Source: Minisyncoccota bacterium (GTDB lineage Bacteria; Patescibacteriota; Minisyncoccia; Phycocordibacterales; UBA2100). Taken from it: DNA of 61,148 bases. The stretch lies in the NCBI GenBank assembly GCA_035559235.1, contig DATMBM010000014.1:1-61148 (forward strand), read 5' to 3'. The position numbers and the translations under genes were made by a program. The notes under the pieces were generated by a model that was not told the origin of the DNA, did not search any database, and saw nothing but the letters and a program-made list of their open reading frames with translations. Shown here piece after piece: positions 43,089 through 50,412 of the stretch; the stretch's first letter is position 1; each line of letters begins with the position of its first letter.

Positions 43089-43886
43089 TTGCGAGCACTC
43101 CCTATGACACCCTATCAAAAATGGATTTCTTTCTATACGATGATCCGCAAAGACGTGGTGCGGATGTTCCGCATCTGGGTGCAGACGTTCCTGCCGAGCG
43201 TTATCACATCCGTGCTTTACTTCCTTGTCTTTGGCACCGTTCTTGGCAGTCGCATTGGCGAGATGCAGGGAGTCGATTACATGGTATTCGTCGTCCCCGG
43301 CCTCGTGATGCTCGCGATCGTGACGACCGCCTACGCGAACACTTCGTTTACCTTCTTTACGTCAAAATTCTTCGCTCGCTCAATCGATGAGATCCTGGTC
43401 TCGCCGACACCCCCCTGGCTCATGATCGCGGGATTCGTCGGAGGAGGCGTCGTGCGCGGCGTCCTTACCGGCGCGCTCGTGCTTATCGTTTCCGTCTTCT
43501 TCACCGGCCTTTCGCTCGCCATACACAACGTCTTGATTATCTTCGGCTTTGCGATACTTACATCGCTCATCTTTGCGCTCGCGGGGCTCGTCAACGGCAT
43601 CTATGCGAAGACAATCGACGGCATCAACATTGTGCCAACGTTCGTGCTGACACCGCTCGTCTACCTCGGCGGCATTTTCTACTCGGTGCACGCGCTCCCC
43701 GATTGGTGGCAGGCGATAACGTACGCGAATCCCCTCTTCTACCTCATCAACGGTTTCCGCTACGGCTTCCTCGGCATCACCGACGTTTCGCTCTCCATCT
43801 CGATCGGCGTCCTCGCCGCCATGATCGTCGCGCTTGTCGGTATCAATTGGTATCTCATCCGTACAGGGCTTGGTTTGAAGCAATAA
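43089..43886 (+). CDS. ABC-2 type transporter permease
   Basis: 265 aa, 6 TM, follows the ATPase gene. Confidence 0.85.
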   Translation: MRALPMTPYQKWISFYTMIRKDVVRMFRIWVQTFLPSVITSVLYFLVFGTVLGSRIGEMQGVDYMVFVVPGLVMLAIVTTAYANTSFTFFTSKFFARSIDEILVSPTPPWLMIAGFVGGGVVRGVLTGALVLIVSVFFTGLSLAIHNVLIIFGFAILTSLIFALAGLVNGIYAKTIDGINIVPTFVLTPLVYLGGIFYSVHALPDWWQAITYANPLFYLINGFRYGFLGITDVSLSISIGVLAAMIVALVGINWYLIRTGLGLKQ

Positions 43887-43888
43887 GA

Positions 43889-43919
43889 ATCCCGTGGGCA
43901 GCGTTGCCGCCCATGGGAT
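43889..43919. terminator. hairpin between convergent permease and PurM-like genes
   Basis: ATCCCGTGGGC...GCCCATGGGAT (11 bp, one G-U). Confidence 0.5.
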
Positions 43920-43923
43920 GTGT

Positions 43924-45054
43924 CTACCGCACTTGCAGTTCGCGTTTGTCGTATTTCTCGCCAATCGGCGAAATAACGACCTTGCTCCGCTCGCTCGCAA
44001 AGATCGTGCCCGCACGAATACCTCCGAAGGGATGCTCTCCCGTTTCGAGAAGCAATAGTGCGTCATCTACGTGCCGCTCCGGAACAAAGAGCGCGAACCC
44101 GCCGCCCATGTTGAAATCTGCATACATGTGGCGCAACGAGACGCCGCCGTGTTCGGCGATGAATTCCAGCGCCGTCGGCACCTGAGGTACCGTATCGATC
44201 GCATATGTAAACTTCTCCGGCGCCCGCATCAATTTCCGACAACCGTGGCCGGTGATGTTGACGCAGTAATGGATTTCGATGCCGCGCTCCAAGCACTCTC
44301 CGATGTAACGCACGTAGATGTGCGTCGGATCGAGCAGCGCCTCGCCGTACATCCGCCCGTCAGGCATCTTTGTCAGGTACCCATTCGGAAGTTTGTTGGC
44401 GATATCCCGAGCTAGTGTGAGGCCGTTGGCATGGATGCCCGAGCTTTCGAGGAGGATGATGATGGCATCACCATGTTGAATGTTCCGCTTGATGAGACGC
44501 TCCTTCGGCATGATGATCCCGTCGGCCGATCCAGAGATAACGGCCTTCCCGGGCACGATCAAATCCCGCAGCGCAGGAGTTTCGCCACCGCCCCAGCACG
44601 TACCGGCGAGATCACAGGCGCGTCTCCAACCTTCGATCAGTTCTTTGTTCCGTTTCTCCCATTTGAACCAGTCCGATTGCGCGACCACGAGGTGCATCAT
44701 CATGGTAACCGGCAACACGCCGAGCGTGATCATGTCGTTGAAGACCATGGCCGCGCAGCATTGTGCGACATTGTCGTACTTCGGGGTTGATAGTGATTTT
44801 CCGACTTCCTCTACCGTACGCAAAGCCTCTGCAAATCTGTCCGCCGCGTCATTTTTCGTACCCAGGTTCTCATTCACCTGCCCGTGAAAATGATCCGAGT
44901 ATTCGACGAGAAACACGCTCTCTCCTTGCGTCCACTCGACAACCTTCAAGCCGAGCCTCGCGATGTTGCGATCGGTCTCCTGGGCTTTCGCAAGCGCGAG
45001 CCGCTTGAAAGCGTCCAGCGTCCCATACCCAACGTCGTAGCGATTGGTCGTCAT
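43924..45054 (-). CDS. PurM/AIR-synthase-related superfamily protein (divergent)
   Basis: Start at MTTNRYD (GGAG SD 9 nt upstream). GGGETPAL...SGSADGII...ESSGIHANGLTLARDI resembles PurM-type N and C domains. Confidence 0.65.
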   Translation of the reverse strand: MTTNRYDVGYGTLDAFKRLALAKAQETDRNIARLGLKVVEWTQGESVFLVEYSDHFHGQVNENLGTKNDAADRFAEALRTVEEVGKSLSTPKYDNVAQCCAAMVFNDMITLGVLPVTMMMHLVVAQSDWFKWEKRNKELIEGWRRACDLAGTCWGGGETPALRDLIVPGKAVISGSADGIIMPKERLIKRNIQHGDAIIILLESSGIHANGLTLARDIANKLPNGYLTKMPDGRMYGEALLDPTHIYVRYIGECLERGIEIHYCVNITGHGCRKLMRAPEKFTYAIDTVPQVPTALEFIAEHGGVSLRHMYADFNMGGGFALFVPERHVDDALLLLETGEHPFGGIRAGTIFASERSKVVISPIGEKYDKRELQVR

Positions 45055-45118
45055 CACTTTTTCTCCAATGAACAAAAACCAGAGGTGTGTCCCCTGGCCT
45101 AGGGGTAAGAATACCCGT

Positions 45119-45604
45119 TTATCGTTGCAAATCTACCCAGCGGTACGGCAGTCCTTCGTAGGCACGCTCCTCCTCAAATACCTTTTTTTTGAACTGGTCG
45201 TACGGCGGGAAAAAAGAGTCGGCGTCTTTGGCATCGTCGATAAGCGTCAAGTACAGCTTGTCCGTGTATGGAAGGCCGAGCTCGTAGATTTGCCCTCCGC
45301 CTATGATAAAAATTTCTTCGTTTCCCGGCTTAATCCGCGCCAGCTCGAGCGCCTCCTCCATCGACGCAACGGCGAGAGTGCCTTCGGCCGACCACCCTCT
45401 GTCACGGGTAATCACGATGTTTGTTCGATCGGGCAACGGCCGCCCGATTGACTCGTATGTTTTCCTCCCCATGATGACGGGATGTCCTTTCGTGATGCCT
45501 CGAAACCGCTTCAGGTCATCGGGGATTTTCCACAGGAGGTCGTTTCCCTTCCCCAGCTCGCGGTTGCGCCCGATCGCCGCGATCATGCTGATGCAACGCT
45601 GCAT
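45119..45604 (-). CDS. folA: dihydrofolate reductase
   Basis: ISMIAAIGRNRELGKGNDLLWKIPDDLKRFRGITKGHPVIMGRKTYESIGRPLPDRTNIVITRD. The start abuts the stop of the CofE-like gene. Confidence 0.85.
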   Translation of the reverse strand: MQRCISMIAAIGRNRELGKGNDLLWKIPDDLKRFRGITKGHPVIMGRKTYESIGRPLPDRTNIVITRDRGWSAEGTLAVASMEEALELARIKPGNEEIFIIGGGQIYELGLPYTDKLYLTLIDDAKDADSFFPPYDQFKKKVFEEERAYEGLPYRWVDLQR

Positions 45605-45605
45605 A

Positions 45606-46295
45606 CTAGTTGAGTGTATCAAACAACGGCCGATACAGATCATCCTCGATGTCGATATGGAGTTCCGTTCGGTCGATCGTGTCCACGAACTCAACAGGCG
45701 CGTCTTCGATGATGCACAGGGGCCGTTGCTCCGCACCCTCTCCCATTTCAAGAACGGCCGCTGTCGCCAGGCTATCGGCAACATCCGTTCGGGCAAGTTT
45801 TAGAATGCGCCCGAAAATATCGGGTGTTCCGCGATAGTCGCGTACGCCCTTGATTCCCGCATACCCAAGCGCCACCCCGACAATCCCCGCGCGAAGTGGT
45901 AAAACACGGCTATCAGTGATCACGACCCCGAATTTTGTTAGGCCGAAACGGCGCACAAGTGCGCTTCGCAATGCCTCGGCGGCGGCAAAACTGTCTTTCG
46001 GCAGGAGCACGAGTTTGCCGTCCGCATTTGATTCGTCCACTCCCGCCGATGACATAACAGTCCCGTCCTTAATGGTAAGCCATGTGTATTTTGTGCGTAT
46101 TGCGACGTCGCTTTCCTGTTTGATGATCTCGTCGCGACGCGCCACATCGGCAGTGCGCTTTTCCGATAGTGCGACGATTTTCGACGTGACGACCAGAATT
46201 GTCGCATCAGAAATTGCCGGAACATGTTCAACAACGAACGACTCGAGGTTCTCGCCTTCTTTAAAAATCCGCGTGTGGATGGGCTTCACCTGCAT
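45606..46295 (-). CDS. CofE-like gamma-glutamyl ligase family protein (F420-0:glutamate ligase fold)
   Basis: VKPIHTRIF..GENL..FV....I.D.TILVVTSKIVALSEKR...GVDESNADGKLVLLP pattern typical of the CofE family. Confidence 0.7.
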   Translation of the reverse strand: MQVKPIHTRIFKEGENLESFVVEHVPAISDATILVVTSKIVALSEKRTADVARRDEIIKQESDVAIRTKYTWLTIKDGTVMSSAGVDESNADGKLVLLPKDSFAAAEALRSALVRRFGLTKFGVVITDSRVLPLRAGIVGVALGYAGIKGVRDYRGTPDIFGRILKLARTDVADSLATAAVLEMGEGAEQRPLCIIEDAPVEFVDTIDRTELHIDIEDDLYRPLFDTLN

Positions 46296-46302
46296 CGCGG
46301 GG

Positions 46303-46311
46303 ACTATAGCA
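46303..46311 (-). promoter_or_regulatory. extended -10 (TGCTATAGT) 7 nt upstream of the CofE-like ATG
   Basis: The minus strand reads TGC TATAGT CCCCGCG ATG. Confidence 0.5.
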
Positions 46312-46320
46312 TAAAAGACA

Positions 46321-46345
46321 AGCGGCCGGACGAACCGACCGCTTT
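46321..46345 (-). terminator. intrinsic terminator after the 33-codon ORF
   Basis: AGCGGTCGG-TTCG-TCCGGCCGCT on the minus strand (one mismatch), followed by TGTCTTTTAT. Confidence 0.45.
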
Positions 46346-46362
46346 ACTCTGTTGAGCACACG

Positions 46363-46464
46363 TCAAATAACGTTAAAGATGATTAGGACGATGAGGGTGA
46401 ATGAACCGATCACCATCCCGAGGTGAAAGATCCACCGTTGCAAATGAAGCCTCCGCGACGTCAT
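46363..46464 (-). CDS. 33-aa hydrophobic small protein (not in the ORF track)
   Basis: GGGAGG-N5-ATG. MTSRRLHLQRWIFHLGMVIGSFTLIVLIIFNVI* (basic N-terminus plus one TM). Own terminator. Confidence 0.4.
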   Translation of the reverse strand: MTSRRLHLQRWIFHLGMVIGSFTLIVLIIFNVI

Positions 46465-46625
46465 GCGAACCTCCCGTGTGTGACGGACTGTGCCTCTGGG
46501 GGCACCCAGCGCGGCATCCTGACATGCCCTTACCCGGTGTCTAGCCCAGCGTCAAAAAAGGGCTCAGCACAGTCATTTTGCCCGCAACAGGCCACGAGTA
46601 GAAGCCTGCGTCAACAATACGATGC

Positions 46626-47258
46626 CTAGCCCGCCTTGTAGCTGGACTTCAACTTCCGAATATCCCCGCTGAAAACCAGCTTCATCTCCTTCGCCTTTTC
46701 CCTTGCCCCTTTCTCCACGACGTCCTTCATATGCCATCGACTCTTTCTCGCTTCTATCGGGTGGGTCAGCTGCTCAAACACGATTTGGCAGATGCGCTCC
46801 CCCGGATGCAGTTCGATGACTTGTGAATGGGTGTTATTCCGGATAGGCAACGTCAGCGGTCCTTCATAGCCGGAATCAATGATTCCGGTAAGGTCCACTG
46901 AGAGCCCCTTGCGATTGACGGATGACCGAGGATACAAAACGGCCATTAAATCGGCGGGTACTTTAATGGTCTCGTATGTCGAGACGAGCACATATTCGTG
47001 GGGCAGCAAATCGAACGACTGTCCTTGCTCAAGCTCGATGACGTCGAAGTACTCCGGTCCATGGTCGCGCAGCGGATCGATCATCATCGCCTCCCGGCCG
47101 CGCGCCGTCATCTGCCATGCTTTCGGAATTAAAAACGTAAACCCCAGCCGCAGGTCAACCGCATGCGCCTGCAACTGAAACGTGTCCAGCCCGGGCGTAA
47201 AAACAATCTCCTTGTCCTTCACCCGCTGCACAATCTCATCCTTCGTGAGTACTGCCAT
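46626..47258 (-). CDS. dCTP deaminase/dUTPase-fold (Dcd/Dut superfamily) protein, atypical active site
   Basis: AVDLRLG, YPRSSVNRKGL, GIIDSGYEGPLTLPIRNN, PGERICQIVF. A basic C-terminal extension. Confidence 0.75.
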   Translation of the reverse strand: MAVLTKDEIVQRVKDKEIVFTPGLDTFQLQAHAVDLRLGFTFLIPKAWQMTARGREAMMIDPLRDHGPEYFDVIELEQGQSFDLLPHEYVLVSTYETIKVPADLMAVLYPRSSVNRKGLSVDLTGIIDSGYEGPLTLPIRNNTHSQVIELHPGERICQIVFEQLTHPIEARKSRWHMKDVVEKGAREKAKEMKLVFSGDIRKLKSSYKAG

Positions 47259-47264
47259 ATGACT

Positions 47265-47270
47265 ATTCTA
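47265..47270 (-). promoter_or_regulatory. -10 box TAGAAT (uses the ThyA-like stop codon) 6 nt upstream of the Dcd-like ATG
   Basis: The minus strand reads TTG TAGAAT AGTCAT ATG. Confidence 0.45.
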
Positions 47271-48104
47271 CAAGACAATTTGTAATCCCTTGATCGCATC
47301 CTGCGGCTTGTATTGGCCGGTAAATGCGGCGACGATCTGCTCCACAAGCTTTACGTCTTTTTTTTCCGCCCGATCAAAGGAGTTTTTTGGGAGCGTAACC
47401 CTGATGGGCTTATGCGTCGCCTTACGCTTCAACATCTCCCGGACGGCTGCATACTGGTTGTCATAGACGTGCGCATTGGAGATCGAGTGGCTGTAAACCC
47501 CCGGCTTGACGCCGAGTTTCTGTGCCAGCATGAGTTGGAGCAGAGCGAATCCGGCCACGTCCGCGGGGAATCCCAAAACCATATCATTCGAGCGAACGAT
47601 ATTGTGGAGATTCAGACGCCCGTTGATGATGTTGACGGTGAATGAATACGGACACGGCACGTTTTTCCGGTTAGTGACGCCAAGGCCGTCACCCGCGGGA
47701 TCCCATGTGATGATGACGCCGTGCCGAGACGTCGGATCTTGCTTCAAGTGCTTCACCAAAAGCCCGAGCTGGTCGCGTCCGAAGTGCTTGCGCCAGCGAT
47801 AGCCGTACGCAACGGTGACAACGTCCGCAGGATTCGTGAAGACATCCCAGATCTTCGTGTATTCGCGCAAAAAATCGGCCGGTTTTCTCGCGCCGGAAAC
47901 AAACCAGATCTGCTCTGCCACAAACATTTTCACCGGCAATTTCCGCAACGTAAGCAGTGGAAAACCTTCCTTTTCGATATCGAGTGAGAAATGCATCCCG
48001 GGAATCGCTTTTACTTCGTGTCCCGTTCGCTTGTTAACTTCGGCAACTCCGTCTTTGACAATACGCCTTAACATGTCTTGATAGACGGAATCGAAACGCG
48101 CCAT
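47268..48104 (-). CDS. thymidylate synthase (ThyA, PF00303-type) family enzyme with Asp at the Asn177-equivalent position; possible dCMP methylase/hydroxymethylase
   Basis: KRTGHEV, GFPLLTLRK, EQIWFVSG, YGYRWR, DPTSRHGVIITWD, VPCPYSF, RSNDMVLGFPADVAGFALL, NAHVY. Collinear with E. coli ThyA. Confidence 0.85.
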   Translation of the reverse strand: MARFDSVYQDMLRRIVKDGVAEVNKRTGHEVKAIPGMHFSLDIEKEGFPLLTLRKLPVKMFVAEQIWFVSGARKPADFLREYTKIWDVFTNPADVVTVAYGYRWRKHFGRDQLGLLVKHLKQDPTSRHGVIITWDPAGDGLGVTNRKNVPCPYSFTVNIINGRLNLHNIVRSNDMVLGFPADVAGFALLQLMLAQKLGVKPGVYSHSISNAHVYDNQYAAVREMLKRKATHKPIRVTLPKNSFDRAEKKDVKLVEQIVAAFTGQYKPQDAIKGLQIVL

Positions 48105-48172
48105 AGTGGGGAGATTATATACTGCCGCTTCGACGTGGTATACACTATCTGGGCAATAGAAGGTACAACACC

Positions 48173-48655
48173 ATGACTTCGATTACGTATCCATACCTGC
48201 CTGGGAACCGCCAGTTCCGCTATGTACCGGAAGACAACGAGTATATGCTCGAGGCGCGATCGTACGCTCTCGCGCACTCGCTCGACGACGCGGTCAAAAC
48301 CGGATCAATTATCGTCAAGGACGGCGTCATCATCGGCCGCGGCGCCAACGGAAGTGACTACCACAAGACCCACCAATGCGAACGCGTGAGGCGCGGCATC
48401 CCGACTGGACAGGGCTATGAACTCTGCGAAGGGTGCCACCCGAAAAACCACAGCGAGCCACGCGCCATTGCCGATGCGCTAAAGAACGACGGCGATACTC
48501 GCGGTGCCGACCTCTACTTGTGGGGACACTGGTGGGCATGCGAGCCCTGCTGGAAAGCCATTACTGAAGCGGGCATCTCGAACGTCTACCTGATGGAGGG
48601 TAGCGAGCGGCTTTTTAACAGGGAGCATCCGGAAAACGTCCTCGGAAAATGGTGA
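48173..48655 (+). CDS. deoxycytidylate (dCMP) deaminase, zinc-dependent CDA fold
   Basis: CERVRRGIPTGQGYELCEGCHPKNHSEPRAI (HxE) and WACEPCWKAI (PCxxC-like). Confidence 0.85.
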   Translation: MTSITYPYLPGNRQFRYVPEDNEYMLEARSYALAHSLDDAVKTGSIIVKDGVIIGRGANGSDYHKTHQCERVRRGIPTGQGYELCEGCHPKNHSEPRAIADALKNDGDTRGADLYLWGHWWACEPCWKAITEAGISNVYLMEGSERLFNREHPENVLGKW

Positions 48656-48659
48656 TTCG

Positions 48660-48700
48660 ACGCCCTGCAGTTTGACGAAAACTGCGGGGCGTTCTCTTTT
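48660..48700 (+). terminator. intrinsic terminator after the dCMP deaminase gene
   Basis: ACGCCCTGCAGTTT-GACGA-AAACTGCGGGGCGT (one G-U), then TCTCTTTTC. Confidence 0.6.
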
Positions 48701-48734
48701 CAGATACCGAGCGCGAGCCGCTACGTACAAGCGG

Positions 48735-48740
48735 TATACT
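48735..48740 (+). promoter_or_regulatory. -10 box TATACT 6 nt upstream of the MazG-like ATG
   Basis: TATACT TAGTGC ATG. Confidence 0.5.
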
Positions 48741-48746
48741 TAGTGC

Positions 48747-49082
48747 ATGGACTTTGACGAGTACGAGAACGTAGCACGCGGGACCGCAACGTTCGATACA
48801 AAACCATTTGAGTACCAACTGATGTATCTCGCTCTCGGCATCGCGGGGGAAAGCGGAGAGATCGCGGAAAAAGTAAAAAAGATCATGCGCAACGACAACG
48901 GAACGGTTTCCGACGAAAAAAGAGAATTGCTCAAGGCTGAGATTGGCGATGTCCTGTGGTACCTTTCCCAACTTTCCCGCGTTCTCGGTTTTTCATTTTC
49001 CGAGACCGCGCGCGCAAACATCGATAAGCTCAAGGACCGCGCCGAACGCGGCGTGATAAAAAGCGCCGGGGATAATCGATAG
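48747..49082 (+). CDS. MazG-like all-alpha nucleoside triphosphate pyrophosphohydrolase
   Basis: LALGIAGESGEIAEKVKK...LKAEIGDVLWYLSQL (EExxE/D metal motifs of the MazG family). Confidence 0.8.
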   Translation: MDFDEYENVARGTATFDTKPFEYQLMYLALGIAGESGEIAEKVKKIMRNDNGTVSDEKRELLKAEIGDVLWYLSQLSRVLGFSFSETARANIDKLKDRAERGVIKSAGDNR

Positions 49083-49134
49083 GTATGATTTAGCTTCCCT
49101 ACAGCCCATACCCTATTCCCTAAAACCTATCTCT

Positions 49135-50403
49135 ATGGAACTCTACCCATACGTCAAAAAACAAGACAAGCAGGTGTACCAAGCGCTTATCGGCGAGGAA
49201 AAGCGTCAGGCGGAAGGACTTGAACTGATCCCTTCTGAAAATTACGTCTCGCGCGCCGTCCGTGAGGCGAATTTCTCCAATCTCACCAATAAATATTCCG
49301 AAGGATACCCCGGAAAGCGCTACTACGGCGGCCAGCACTACACGGATATCGTCGAAAATATCGCGCGTGATCGCGCGAAGAAACTTTTTGGCGCGAAATT
49401 CGCAAACGTCCAGCCGCATGCCGGCGCTCCAGCGAATGTCGCGATGTATTTCGCGCTCCTTGAGCCGGGCGACACGATTCTCGGCATGGATCTTTCGCAC
49501 GGCGGCCATCTCACGCACGGCCACCCCGTCACGTACCTCACGAAAATCTTCAAATTCGTCCGATACAAGATGAAAAATGCCGAAACCGGCGAGATGGATT
49601 ACGACGAAATGCGCGAGGTCGCGCTGCGTGAAAAGCCGAAAATCATCCTTGCCGGCTATAGCGCATATCCACGCGAACTCGATTACGGGAAGATGGTCGA
49701 AATCGCGCGCGAAGTCGGCGCACTTGCGGTGATGGATATCGCGCACATCGCAGGCCTTATTGCGGGGAAAGTGGTGAAGAACCCGTTCGATTATGGCTTC
49801 GACATCATGACCACGACAACGCATAAGACGCTGCGCGGCCCACGCGGCGGCATGATCCTCACGCGCGACAATGAGGAGATCGCACGCAAAATCGACAAGG
49901 CTGTCTTCCCGGGCTTCCAGGGCGGTCCATTAATGAATGCGATTGCCGCGAAGGCTGTTTGCTTCGGCGAGGCATTGAAGCCCTCATTCAAAACCTACGC
50001 AAAGCAGGTTCTTAAGAACGCCAAAGTGATGGAGGCGGTATTTAAAAAACACGGGGTCCGCATGATTACGGGCGGCACCAGCAATCACCTTATCCTCGCC
50101 GACGTGTATGGCTCGCTTGGGATCACGGGCCATGAGGCGGAGACCGTTCTCGACAAAGTCGGCATCACGCTCAATAAAAACGCGATTGCTGATGATCCGC
50201 GCAAGCCGATGGATCCAAGCGGCATCCGCTTTGGCACGCCGGCCATCACGACGCGAAAATTCAAGGAAAAAGAGTGCGCAAAGGTGGCGGAATGGATGAT
50301 CGCCGCGCTGAAGAACAAGGACAACAAAAAGGAATTGAAAAACATACGAGCGGAGGTCCAAAAGCTTTGCAAACGTTTTCCCATCCCGCCTCGATTCGTG
50401 TAG
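49135..50403 (+). CDS. glyA: serine hydroxymethyltransferase
   Basis: LELIPSENY, YPGKRYYGG, SHGGHLTHG, TTTTHKTLRGPRGG (PLP lysine). Confidence 0.95.
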   Translation: MELYPYVKKQDKQVYQALIGEEKRQAEGLELIPSENYVSRAVREANFSNLTNKYSEGYPGKRYYGGQHYTDIVENIARDRAKKLFGAKFANVQPHAGAPANVAMYFALLEPGDTILGMDLSHGGHLTHGHPVTYLTKIFKFVRYKMKNAETGEMDYDEMREVALREKPKIILAGYSAYPRELDYGKMVEIAREVGALAVMDIAHIAGLIAGKVVKNPFDYGFDIMTTTTHKTLRGPRGGMILTRDNEEIARKIDKAVFPGFQGGPLMNAIAAKAVCFGEALKPSFKTYAKQVLKNAKVMEAVFKKHGVRMITGGTSNHLILADVYGSLGITGHEAETVLDKVGITLNKNAIADDPRKPMDPSGIRFGTPAITTRKFKEKECAKVAEWMIAALKNKDNKKELKNIRAEVQKLCKRFPIPPRFV

Positions 50404-50412
50404 GATTACAGG

